Shown here piece after piece: positions 9,863 to 20,200 of a stretch of 64,000 nucleotides of DNA. The position numbers were made by a program, and so were the translations under genes. The notes under the pieces were generated by a model. The model worked only from the letters and a program-made list of their open reading frames with translations. It ran no database searches and was not told where the DNA came from. The stretch lies in IMG/VR virus record IMGVR_UViG_3300001567_000262, positions 69,336 to 133,335 of that record, one strand, 5' to 3'. This DNA comes from a virus. Positions within the stretch are counted from its first letter, which is position 1, and each line of letters opens with the position of its first letter.

Positions 9863-12436
9863 TTACATTTCTCTTCCAACCGTTAATTTAATACCACCGG
9901 GTGGAAACTGCTCCGATGTTTCAATATCACGTATCTCCAATTCCAGCAGTTCGCCCTTTTTGAATGATAAAGCTGTATGAAAGAAAAGAGTCACGTTTAT
10001 TTCATTATCCTGAGCTTCGAGGCGCGCCTCTTTCGGCCCGCTGGCAAGTACAGATGATTTTTCTCCCGATTCGCCGGTGCGCAATATGTCAATTGCCAGC
10101 ATCCGTCCGGTCTCCACAAAAAGTGCCATCTGCCCCGCGCCGACTGACGATTTCGGCCTGAGCGTAACCTTTGCGGATGTCCGCATCAGTTCGAATGCCG
10201 GCAGCACCACTTCCACTCCGATGCGTTTTTCAAAAGTCTGTATTTTTGAAATCAGATGCGGGATGATAATCTCCTGAAGCGCGGCGCCACCGTGAGAGAA
10301 CGACTTTTCCGTTTTGAAAAACGACAGGCCCGGGGGAACCGCAATCCACACTTTCTCGTCCCACCGGCACGGGAAGGAAACAAGCGGCACATCCGCCCCG
10401 GCGGGAATCAGCGCGAACCTTTCCTTCAGAACATGACACCATTCCTTTTTACACTCGACTTCGGGAGGCAGCTTTTCCTCGTCCAGAAGAATGAACCCAT
10501 GGTCCGTTATCAAATGAACTTCCGGGTAACCCCACTGGTGCAATTTGTGAATCAGTAGAACCAGTCGTTTCACCTCAAGGCCGACATGGCGAACCAGATT
10601 GTCCGCGCTGCCGTGCCCGATATTGTCCAGTTCCTCATGCCCGAACACTACGAGAAGGTCTTTTATACCAGATGGTTTCGCAGCCGTGTTCTCTAGGTCT
10701 TCAATATCCCGGCAGTCCGCTCCAAATTCAGTCAATAATGATTTTCTGTTTTCAACTGCTGATGTGTCTTTTCCCTTCAACTTCGGATGAATGCTGTTGT
10801 TTTTTATTTCCAAGGACACGGCTGCTCCCTTCTGCGGGAGTAGCGCCGTCATCCCAACGGGCGTAACCGTAGGCAACGCGGCTTGCAATGCTTCGATCTC
10901 GACATCCTGTCCGAGCAGCATTTCCTTTATTGCATGAGCGCAGTCGTAACGGAGAGCGTCTACGATAACGACGGCCCGCTTCCCTCCAGCCGTCCAGATT
11001 TTCTCCTCAAGCCGGTCGGTGACATAAGGAATGCCCTCGATATCAGGAGTAGCCTGTCCAGAAAATCTTTCAAAGAATCGCTGGTTCAGCAGATTCACAT
11101 AAGACGCATAAGCGCGGTCGGCGACCTTGCTTATCGTCGGCATCGAACGCTCCATGGCTTCGAATCGCAATTTAAGATGCTGCTTGTCCACGAGGGGAGC
11201 CTGTTGTATATACAATAAGGCAAACTCAGCGGCGGTATTTCTTTTTTCGATTTCACTCTCTGCTTTTCCGCAAACCTCAATAAAGCAATCCAGCGCGCCA
11301 AGGAGCGACCAAGCGCCAATGGGCGCATTGCTCGCTTTGCTGAATTCCGCTTCCCGGGCTATCCGTTCCCGATTACGCGCAAAAAATTCCTTCAGAGCGG
11401 ATATCTTGTCGGCGGCTTCATTGAACGCATCCAGCGTTTTTTGCCAGCGGAGCGATACCAGATGCGGCAGCCCGAAAGAAACGCCATGTTTATCCGCCGC
11501 CCATGCCGAAAGATTGATGTTCGGCTCAACCTCTCTTATCCATCTGTCCCAAGCGGGCCTGCTGTTTGAATCCCTTAGCCACCGCTGGAGCAGTTGGATG
11601 TGATGATCGCGCAGTGCCTGCGCTGGGAGCCGGTTGAGAAATGGGTAATCGGCGGGTTCTCCATATCCGATGTAAGTTTCTGTAAGCGCCATAATTTCCA
11701 CGATGCCGCGAATCCATGCCGCTGGGTCGCCGCCCGCCGCGCCATATCCGTATCGTTCCCGTACCATATCGAGGAATTCACCAGACAGGGCTTTTTCATC
11801 AAGTGATTGCCACGTCATCTCCGGTGAAACTGCCATGTCCAGAATCGTCTGATCCATGTCACCGACGAGACGCGACTGCGCCAGTTCTGGCGTCAGTACG
11901 GCGCTCCAGAAATCTTGCGGTCTTTCAATAAACTTTGCCGTATATTTTGCCAGAATGGCATCCGCGCCGCCGTCGGCGAGTTTTCGTTGGTCCGATTGAT
12001 TTTCCGGCAGGTTCACACCGGCGAGGCGCAGGAATTTGAAAAGCGTCGGCTTCTTGCCGTCTATGCGCCACGTCGTGCCGCAGTATTTGTATTCCTCGAG
12101 CAGTTCCAGATGATGTGCGCCGTTCTCATCAGGCGAGTCGAGACGTTCTTCGGAGAGCGGCATATAAAAAACATAGCGGCGTTTTTTTCGTTGTTTTTCA
12201 GAAAGCTGTGCAAGATCGGCAAACACAGAGTGCTTGAGCCAAATCTGGCCCCGCTGTTGTTCCGGGTCGTATTCAAGGAGAATGAAAGGAGGCGACTTCA
12301 TCTCGAAAAGGCATTTTCTCAATGCAGGCAAAAGCCGCGCGAATTCTTTTTTCTCATCAAACCACAGGCACACTTGCGCTCGTTTCTCATATTGGAATCG
12401 CTGGGTGAATTGGCCGATGAGCGCTTCGAGAATCAT
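9863..12436 (-). CDS. pglZ: BREX PglZ alkaline-phosphatase-fold protein
   Basis: VIVDALRYD, LPTVTPVGMTALLP, ITDHGF, FSHGG..LQEIIIP motifs. Confidence 0.92.
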   Translation of the reverse strand: MILEALIGQFTQRFQYEKRAQVCLWFDEKKEFARLLPALRKCLFEMKSPPFILLEYDPEQQRGQIWLKHSVFADLAQLSEKQRKKRRYVFYMPLSEERLDSPDENGAHHLELLEEYKYCGTTWRIDGKKPTLFKFLRLAGVNLPENQSDQRKLADGGADAILAKYTAKFIERPQDFWSAVLTPELAQSRLVGDMDQTILDMAVSPEMTWQSLDEKALSGEFLDMVRERYGYGAAGGDPAAWIRGIVEIMALTETYIGYGEPADYPFLNRLPAQALRDHHIQLLQRWLRDSNSRPAWDRWIREVEPNINLSAWAADKHGVSFGLPHLVSLRWQKTLDAFNEAADKISALKEFFARNRERIAREAEFSKASNAPIGAWSLLGALDCFIEVCGKAESEIEKRNTAAEFALLYIQQAPLVDKQHLKLRFEAMERSMPTISKVADRAYASYVNLLNQRFFERFSGQATPDIEGIPYVTDRLEEKIWTAGGKRAVVIVDALRYDCAHAIKEMLLGQDVEIEALQAALPTVTPVGMTALLPQKGAAVSLEIKNNSIHPKLKGKDTSAVENRKSLLTEFGADCRDIEDLENTAAKPSGIKDLLVVFGHEELDNIGHGSADNLVRHVGLEVKRLVLLIHKLHQWGYPEVHLITDHGFILLDEEKLPPEVECKKEWCHVLKERFALIPAGADVPLVSFPCRWDEKVWIAVPPGLSFFKTEKSFSHGGAALQEIIIPHLISKIQTFEKRIGVEVVLPAFELMRTSAKVTLRPKSSVGAGQMALFVETGRMLAIDILRTGESGEKSSVLASGPKEARLEAQDNEINVTLFFHTALSFKKGELLELEIRDIETSEQFPPGGIKLTVGREM

Positions 12437-14329
12437 TCATACCACCTTTGCGATGCGAAGCACTCCGGCCTTCTGGAGAGGTTCGATGTTCACTTTGACG
12501 CCGTCGTTGATGTCGGGGTCCCAGCCTTTGGGTCGTTCCTTCGGCGATTTCCAAGGCGTCAGGATGCGGAAATCTTTGTCCCCGCCTTCCTTGCCCTCGC
12601 GGCGGCCTTCCTGTACCGCTTCGAGCAATCGGTCGAGTTCTTGTGTCTCTTCGAGCCTTGCCTGCCAATCAATGCGGTCCGCCTCCCTGTTTTCTTTTGC
12701 CGCCATCGCGGCCTCGCGCCGCATCAAATCAATCGCGTCCCGCAGATAGCTGCCCCGCAACTTCGCGAGTCGGTTTGCATCGAACTTGTGATAGTGAACC
12801 AGCGCCCCGAACGCCGCTTCGCCTTTGTTCTGCCTGCTCGCGATGTGCCATATTATCGGGCGATTCTTGTATAAAGAAGCGTGATATTCGAAATACACTT
12901 CTTCCAGCCATTGCCGGATGCTCTCCACGGATTTGTATCCCTTTACCCTGTTCTTGAGTTCATTGACGATCTCGATTTCAACCTGATTTATGTCGCGTCC
13001 GAGAAACAGTAACGCAAGTTCTTTATGAACTCGGTCTATCAGTGCGGTTTCGCCGGATACTGCCATGAACGGCACGATGCCGTCTTCGTCTTCATCTACC
13101 ACGCGCTTGACGATATACGATAACAGCCGCCACACGTGTTCCATGCGTTTCTGTTCCGCACTCTTTCCTTCCATCTGCGGCCAGATCAGTTCCGGCGGCT
13201 GCGTTCCCATGATCTCTTCGATCTCTGCTCGCTTTTTGTCCGGGATGCCATACAGATGATACGCATCATCGTTCAGTTCAGCATAAAGTTTCTGAATTCT
13301 TAAATCCTCGGCGCTCTCTAACTCTAAGAGCTTATCGAGTCTTTCCGGTATACACATTCCACTTTCAATAATGCTCTCTCTCAGTATCCAAGTCTTATCA
13401 AAATGTGTCGAGATTTCGTTTCCGTTATCCCAAGCGGATTTTGCGTCGAAGATAAGTTTTGCTCTATTCTCAATACTCTCTCGTTTGTTTGCTGAGGGTT
13501 TCGGAATAGGAACTTTTTTTATCATTCCAACTTCGTATTTACCAAATGTTGAAAAGAAGCCCAGCATGAAAAGAAAAATATGGCTCGAAAAAATCCCGAG
13601 CAAAAAGAATTGATCTGATTCGTTCAATGGGAAAAATGAGTGCCCTACATGTCCATGAATCCCGGTTCCGGGCAGTATTCTTGGGCTAAAACCTCGTTGT
13701 GAGCGGTATGACCAAGTCAGTCCAGGTTTGAAATAATGTTCAAGACTTGGCAAAGCATTTCCTGAAGCTTTTAGAGCATCTCTATTCTCTGGTCGCCAAT
13801 CAATTACCAAATCAATATCTGAGTAAAACCTACAAAACTCTCCACCTTTTGCGAATGAAACCCAACCTGTATTTTGCACAACTTCCCAATACTGTCTTAC
13901 CCATTTCGGATCGTCTCCTGTCGCTTTTCCCTGTCTCGCAAAACCCCAAGTTGGATCAGAAGCGGGATGTTCTCTAAAAATGTGTGATACAAGTGCAATA
14001 CGACGATAAGAGAGTGGCGATCCTTCTATTGATAAGAAGTCGCGGCGTGCTACATCGAAACGTACTTTTTCTGCGTCATTTCTTATAGCTTGTACAAACA
14101 TATTATTACGACGATCAGATTGTTTTTTTGCTGGTTTATAGCGTTCCACATCGAAGAAAGCAGCCTTCTCGCCCTCCGTAACAACATAATATGCCCGCTC
14201 GGCCTGTTCCGGTGTTGTTTCGATGCCCTCTCGTGCCTGTGTAGCCTGAATGGTGGAAACCATAAGTTTCCGTCGCAGGTCAGGATCGGCAAGGATAGCT
14301 TTTATGTTGACTCTTTTATTCTTCGCCAA
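12437..14329 (-). CDS. pglX: PglX C-terminal half (target recognition and C-terminal domains) with N-terminal VbhA/FicA-like antitoxin helix
   Basis: FLSIEGSPLSY, FAKGGEFCRFY...VIDW, YFKPGLTWS, LYKNRPIIW, DINDGVKVNI are PglX C-half signatures; first ~50 aa contain TQAREG; TTG start 1 nt after the Fic stop. Confidence 0.8.
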   Translation of the reverse strand: MAKNKRVNIKAILADPDLRRKLMVSTIQATQAREGIETTPEQAERAYYVVTEGEKAAFFDVERYKPAKKQSDRRNNMFVQAIRNDAEKVRFDVARRDFLSIEGSPLSYRRIALVSHIFREHPASDPTWGFARQGKATGDDPKWVRQYWEVVQNTGWVSFAKGGEFCRFYSDIDLVIDWRPENRDALKASGNALPSLEHYFKPGLTWSYRSQRGFSPRILPGTGIHGHVGHSFFPLNESDQFFLLGIFSSHIFLFMLGFFSTFGKYEVGMIKKVPIPKPSANKRESIENRAKLIFDAKSAWDNGNEISTHFDKTWILRESIIESGMCIPERLDKLLELESAEDLRIQKLYAELNDDAYHLYGIPDKKRAEIEEIMGTQPPELIWPQMEGKSAEQKRMEHVWRLLSYIVKRVVDEDEDGIVPFMAVSGETALIDRVHKELALLFLGRDINQVEIEIVNELKNRVKGYKSVESIRQWLEEVYFEYHASLYKNRPIIWHIASRQNKGEAAFGALVHYHKFDANRLAKLRGSYLRDAIDLMRREAAMAAKENREADRIDWQARLEETQELDRLLEAVQEGRREGKEGGDKDFRILTPWKSPKERPKGWDPDINDGVKVNIEPLQKAGVLRIAKVV

Positions 14330-14330
14330 G

Positions 14331-15185
14331 TTAAGATGTCTCCCAGCTTTCGATAGCTTCTTCTTCCCATGTTCTGATGAACGCGGCGAGCGGCGCGTAG
14401 TCTTTGTGGATGCGTCCTCTTTCGCAAGCTTCGTAATACGCCTCTTCGTCTCGTCGGCGATTGTACTGATTCAGCGGCAACAGATCATTCTGCATGAGCA
14501 GCAGATTGCAGATAATGAACGCCGCCCGGCCATTGCCCTCGCGGAACGGATGGATGGCTATGAATTCGTTCATTGCCTCGCTCACATAGTCATACAGTGC
14601 GCCATCATCATCTGAAATAAAAGGTGAGCGCGAAAGAACATTCGCTTCGTATTCCTCCATCAACGGTTGGATGCCACAGGAAGGAAGCGGCCATTTTGTC
14701 GGACCGTCGCCTTTATGCAGGTCCACCGTGCGCCATCCTCCGGCAAATGGATAAATGAACCCCATTAGTTCGTGGTGTATCTGTCGGATGAGTTCTAATG
14801 TCAGTGGAGCCGGATCGGGTTTGTCGAGCAGATTTTCAACAAACTCCATCGCACGACGGACGCCCTCATCCTCTCGGCGATTTATCTCCTCGCGGTCGAG
14901 ACACCCGGCATAATTGAGGCACAAGCCATCTCCGGTCTGAATCCATTCCCAGCTTCTTGCGTAGTTGTTCCACGGATTAACGACGATGGCGGGCGATTTC
15001 TGCTCGGGGAACAGACCACACAGTTCATCGAGACGCTTTTTTTCAAGTTTGCGCTGGGCAGGCGGGACCACATAGAACGATCCGGGTGCGGCGGCCTGAT
15101 AGAACTCCTGCGCGTTGCGTCCCTTTCCGCTCTGGAAGCGGAAACCGTAGTCCTTTTCCTCCCACCGCCAGCGAATGCCGCTCAT
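14331..15185 (-). CDS. Fic/Doc family toxin inserted within pglX
   Basis: HPFREGNGRAAF motif, IRQIHHELM..IYPFAGGWR; no internal S/GxxxEG inhibitory motif seen; GGAGG SD and ATGA overlap with upstream pglX-N stop. Confidence 0.85.
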   Translation of the reverse strand: MSGIRWRWEEKDYGFRFQSGKGRNAQEFYQAAAPGSFYVVPPAQRKLEKKRLDELCGLFPEQKSPAIVVNPWNNYARSWEWIQTGDGLCLNYAGCLDREEINRREDEGVRRAMEFVENLLDKPDPAPLTLELIRQIHHELMGFIYPFAGGWRTVDLHKGDGPTKWPLPSCGIQPLMEEYEANVLSRSPFISDDDGALYDYVSEAMNEFIAIHPFREGNGRAAFIICNLLLMQNDLLPLNQYNRRRDEEAYYEACERGRIHKDYAPLAAFIRTWEEEAIESWETS

Positions 15186-17269
15186 ATCGTGCCTCCCTTG
15201 AGGACGATTGCGGCTGTTTCAACGGTTGCGCCGTCCAATATGCCGAAACCGAGATCGAGCATGACCAGAAGCGGGTTGCGCTTGAGCAGTATTTCAGTTC
15301 GAAGCTTCTCGAACGTGGTTAGCGTGACGAAAGTTGATGACACCAGAGCTCCGACATAACCGTATGGTTCTATAAGTTGTGTGGCGCGATCTATGAAGGC
15401 GGCATAAATGTCGTTATATGAAAGCGGATATAATTTCCTGATCAGTTCTCTTATCTTCGGCACGAAGCTGCCGTAAGGAGGATTCATGACGATTGCGTCG
15501 AAGCGATGAGAGAGGATGTCGAGGAGTTTGAGACCACGAGCGGTGTCTTCGTAAAAAAGGCGACTCGCCGGGTCTTTGCCGTTCGTGGTCGCGGCATTTT
15601 CCACGGCTGCTAACAATTCATTCTTCAATTCCTCTGCTTCCTGTTGCATCAGCCTGCGCTCGAGGACAAGCTGCTCGGCGACGGCGCGGTCGCCCTCTGC
15701 GACGATGGATTCAAGGTCAAGCTGTTTCAGTTTTCTTTCATCGAACAGCTTTGTCATTCCCTTTGCGCGGCCTCGCTCCTCGATCCAGTCGTCGAGTACA
15801 CGGGACACGCTCTCCGAGACTTGGACGAGTGCGCCGAGTTCTCCAGTGTACTGAAGGTTTTCCCAGAGCGTTTTAATGAGTCGTTCCTGAAGCTTCGAAT
15901 CGCCGAATTTTTTATTGAGATTTTCGATTAGGTGCGTGAGTTGTTCCTGCCCGAGGTCAACTGTATTCGCAACAACGAGGTTAGTGCGACGAACATGGAC
16001 ATCTTCAGGTGAAAAGCCGTGCTGGCGGGCCGATTCCTTTGCCGTCAGCAGCAGAGACAGAGTGGCGATTTGGATAGCACGGGGGTCTATGTCTATTCCA
16101 AATATATTGTTTTCGATAATTGCGGCCGGGATATCCTTTTTATTTTTCACGGACGGCTCGCTGGGCCAGCCTTCTTTTCCGGCGTTCTCGATTTCATCGA
16201 GGTACATTTGGTAAAACAATCCGAACGCGTATTGCCCGAAGTGCATAGTTCCGCATGCGGGATCAAGGAGAGCTATATCTCGCGCGAGTTTGAATGTTTC
16301 GATCCGGCCTTCCTCGGTGACACGCTGGTATCGGATTTTCTCGCCGGTACGCGGAACAAGATAGTCGGCAACGGGCTCGTCCGATACGCGTTCATCCGGT
16401 AGCGGTGGTGGACCTTGCGGCTTCAGAGATGAATCAGGATGCATCTGGAGCCAGAGACGGCCGAGAGTATTGTCCACCAGCGTTTTCACGACCCAAGACG
16501 GAGTATAGAACTGGTTGATAACGGAAAGCTCATAGGAACTCCGAGGGGTACCCTTGTTTTCATCGCGCACTTTCTTTTTCTCGTCGCGATTGAAAAACTG
16601 ATAGACCCAGCCAAGAAAATCAACAGCCTTGAAAGCGTCTTCCGGCAACTCGCTGTTGAGCAAGCCGATGACTTTCACAAGGCAGGCATGGGTCGGCCAG
16701 ACGCAGGCATATTCATGTTCGGGGTCGAAAAGGATGCGAATTTCCGTTGTGATATGGCGGAATGCGGCGGTGAGCGCATCTCGCAGGAGCGATTCTTCGG
16801 CGTCCTGTTCGTACTTGTATCGTTCGCCACCGGCTTCCCTGAAATCGCGCAGATATCGGGAACGCGCCTGATCTGATATCGGAGTGATTATTTCCGTCAG
16901 TTCACTTTCCGCGCCCGATTTCCCCGGCGTTGGGAGAAAAAGCAATTTGCGCGCTTCCATGCTTTTGAGTCCTACGAGGCGATTCAGCAGAGTGTATGTG
17001 AGTTCGCGGATAACATTGTCCCACCCGCGCTGTGGGGTGCCTTCCGCGAGAGTGTCGCGGTTAAGCAGAGCTTCCACGCGCTCCCGCACGGCTTTGTCTG
17101 CATCGGACAGAGGCATTTTATCGAGCGGCTGATGTTTCCCGTCCGGTCGCAGACCAAGGCGCCTTAGCTGCGCGGTGAAATCCGTCTCAAGTTCCTTGCG
17201 GAGCTTGGGAACCCAGGACTTGACCGCTTCCTTGTGAGTATCTGAAAGTGATTTACGTTCGATATTCAC
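15182..17269 (-). CDS. pglX: PglX N-terminal half (N6-adenine methyltransferase catalytic domain)
   Basis: QFYTPSWVV, LDPACGTMHF (motif I), FGIDID, VMNPPYG (motif IV), DIYAAFIDR; ends ETAAIVLK. Confidence 0.9.
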   Translation of the reverse strand: MNIERKSLSDTHKEAVKSWVPKLRKELETDFTAQLRRLGLRPDGKHQPLDKMPLSDADKAVRERVEALLNRDTLAEGTPQRGWDNVIRELTYTLLNRLVGLKSMEARKLLFLPTPGKSGAESELTEIITPISDQARSRYLRDFREAGGERYKYEQDAEESLLRDALTAAFRHITTEIRILFDPEHEYACVWPTHACLVKVIGLLNSELPEDAFKAVDFLGWVYQFFNRDEKKKVRDENKGTPRSSYELSVINQFYTPSWVVKTLVDNTLGRLWLQMHPDSSLKPQGPPPLPDERVSDEPVADYLVPRTGEKIRYQRVTEEGRIETFKLARDIALLDPACGTMHFGQYAFGLFYQMYLDEIENAGKEGWPSEPSVKNKKDIPAAIIENNIFGIDIDPRAIQIATLSLLLTAKESARQHGFSPEDVHVRRTNLVVANTVDLGQEQLTHLIENLNKKFGDSKLQERLIKTLWENLQYTGELGALVQVSESVSRVLDDWIEERGRAKGMTKLFDERKLKQLDLESIVAEGDRAVAEQLVLERRLMQQEAEELKNELLAAVENAATTNGKDPASRLFYEDTARGLKLLDILSHRFDAIVMNPPYGSFVPKIRELIRKLYPLSYNDIYAAFIDRATQLIEPYGYVGALVSSTFVTLTTFEKLRTEILLKRNPLLVMLDLGFGILDGATVETAAIVLKGGTI

Positions 17270-20200
17270 TTAATTACCACCGTGAATCCTTTTCGAATTC
17301 TCGTTTTGAGCTGCTCGCCGATGACGGAGAGTGTCTGATCCACATCGGCTTCGGTTTTCAGCCGTTTTCCCGCAAGTTCCTGAGACGGCTGCCAGTCGCA
17401 AACTTTTTCTGCTTCACCTGTCTTCGTGGGAGCGGCAAGGCCGATCAGTTCGGTTTCGACCTGGCCGCGATAACCGGGCAAAGCCATCAGAGTCTGGGCA
17501 AGAGAAGTCAGGCTACTCTTTGCGGCGGCAGCGAGAAGCGTTTCCGCTGAACTTAGAGGAATTTCCGGATAGTTGCACGGCCCGCCGGGACCGAAGACCT
17601 TTTCAAGGACGGCATCGCGGCTTTCAGCGGGGGCATTTTTGTAGGCACTCCCACCTTTTATCGTATTTATAAGATTTTCAATCTCGGTCTGCACCTTTTT
17701 GTATGCATCTTTGTAAGCGCCCCGGTAAGCGCCAAGCGCAGTTTCGTACGCGGCCCTGTAATCCGGCCAGCGATCAACAACCGATTTGTCACCGATGATC
17801 GCATCCATATCCTTCAGCGCCTGTCCGAGTCTCGTGCTTTCGGGATTGTCGGCGGGAATCGGATGATTTGCGGCAAGATTTGCGAGTTTGCGGGATGCGA
17901 AATAAGCCTGATGCCGGTTGTCGTCAAGGAAGGCGCGAATCGCGGACATGGCCTTCTGGAAGCTCTTCCATTCCGCGGCTCTCGACAGGAAGGCCGTCAC
18001 CGCTTTTGTCGGGTCTTTGATCGTTACAGGTTCATCGAGCGCGGCGCCTGCATCCAATACGATGTCAGAAATGGGAATTCCCATTTCCGCTCTGCTTTTT
18101 GCATCCTGTAGGTCAGATTTTAGTTTTTCACCGAGTTTTCTTACGGCGGATGCGATTGCATTGCCGGACTCCGGGATGCCGTTCATTCCCAAGGCGATGA
18201 GTTCCTTGCTTGCCAGCTTAATCTGCTCCACGGAGAGACTGATTTCGGCCAGTCGGAACGTGACTTTCTTGAAAGTGTTTATTTTCTGGAAGTTGTCGTT
18301 CGTGCCTTTGTAATCGTAAACAGGGGTCGGCCCACCCGGAGATTGCTGCTCCATATAAACCGCACCGGCCCTGAAACAGGCAGCGAGCACAATACGAAGA
18401 ATTTCATCCGGCCAGCCGAACGGCGCGCGGGAAAAACCTTTGAATCCCTTACGGTCATTTGCATCCATGAGCGCGACGCCGGTGGGATCAATGTCTTCGT
18501 CTTCGAGGTCTTTCAGAACTTCGAGCACCTGAGCTACCAAATCTGACTGCTGCTGTAGATTTCCCTGAGAATCAAACAATCCCAGATCTGGCGCGACCTT
18601 ATCGAGCGCGGTTGTCGCAGGGTTGAGAATGGCTTTGATGCTTTTATCAAAGTCATAAGATTTATCGGCAATGCTGAACCGAGGATAAACATTTGGAATA
18701 ACCGAAGTTAGCGCGGTTTGAACAGGCTCCTTGAAATCGGTGGCTCTTTCTAATTCATTTTCCAAGCCGCCGTAGTAAACCGTTCCTTTAAGAAATGCCT
18801 GTTCCAAATCCTTAACAAGCGATGTTTTCAGATCATCCCGTTCCTTGCGTTTTTCAGCAAGCGCATCCTGCGTGGATTTCGAAGTATCCTCTGTGAATCG
18901 CTTATCTCCACACACTTTCACGAGGGCTTCATATCGTTTGAATCTCAGTTCGAGATTATCGGGGACATCGGCAACCCACCATACCTTGCGCCCCTTAGCG
19001 CTGTCGGCCTGATTGCGCCGTTTGATTTCTTCGATCTCCTGTTTTCTGCCGGACATGAGCGGGCTGACGAAACAAACTTCGATTTCAGACCCGGTTTCAA
19101 TTGCCTCGCCATCGAGATAAACACCATAGGAAAATGGAACTTTCGTTATGCCGTATGGAACCGTGAAATTCAGAAGTTTTTTCTTCGTTGTCAGTTCCAT
19201 CTTGGTGATTTCCTGAGATGTTCTGCGGACGGCAGCGATACTGATGCTCTTCGAACCACCGGAACGAACCATTTCCTGAATATACTGCTCGATAGTGCGC
19301 TCCTGTTCGTCCAGGTATTTCCATTCTCCGGTTGCTTCGTCGCGAGCTACATAACCCGCTTCCTGAAGCTTGCCCAATGTCTTTTCCACATTCTCTCGTA
19401 ATTGCGGGATATCCGTTTTGAAATCGGTCACAAGCAACTTTGCAATCGTTTCGGAGATTCTTGGGACCCATGGAACCCGCTGTAACAACCATAGCACTTT
19501 CAGCACTTTCGCCGGGTCAATCGGAGTTCCGGTCACGCGCTCATCAGATTCCCGAATAGACCGTACACCCGCGGCGCCGAGATATTCTTGGGACAAAAGA
19601 TCATTTTCAACAGCGTCGAATATCATGTCGAAGCTCACAACGGCGCCCACTTCGGAGTCTGCGATTTCCTGCAAGGATGTCATGACGACGGAAATCATGG
19701 AGCGCACACCGCCGGACAGCCGGAAGCCGGACAATGCTTCGAAGATATCCTGAGAAAGCCGTATCTGGTGCGGCAGAAGCGGATAGCAATCGATGAACGC
19801 CCGTTCATCCACAGTGCCGAGAAATCTGCTTGCTTTCAGATCAGCAAGCTGTGAAATATATCCTTCATTGTCCAGATACAACTTTTTTAATTGCGGCTCT
19901 TGCGCCGGATATTTTTTTAGAATCCTCTCCGATACAACTTTATTGATTTCATCCGAAATGAGATGAGGCTTTAGTTCGAATCTCGCATTAAGGCGTCCGA
20001 TAAGAGCCGGTTGGAAGTTTGTCCTGTCGACGACTTTTTCCAAGTCCTGCTGGCTGGTTACAAATAGCCAGACTTTACCTTTCCCTTTGTTTCCTATCAT
20101 TTCCGCGATACTGTTTAGCTCGCTGATTTTCTCGTTCGAGTCGCCGATAAATGTTCCCATTTCGTCGATTACGAAAATCAAGTGCTGAACTTTTCCGCCG

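Noticed and set aside
14331-15185. Fic gene as an insertion sequence or intein-like element interrupting pglX
   Set aside because: No transposase, terminal inverted repeats, target duplication or intein splice residues; the junctions are ordinary coupled stop/start codons.
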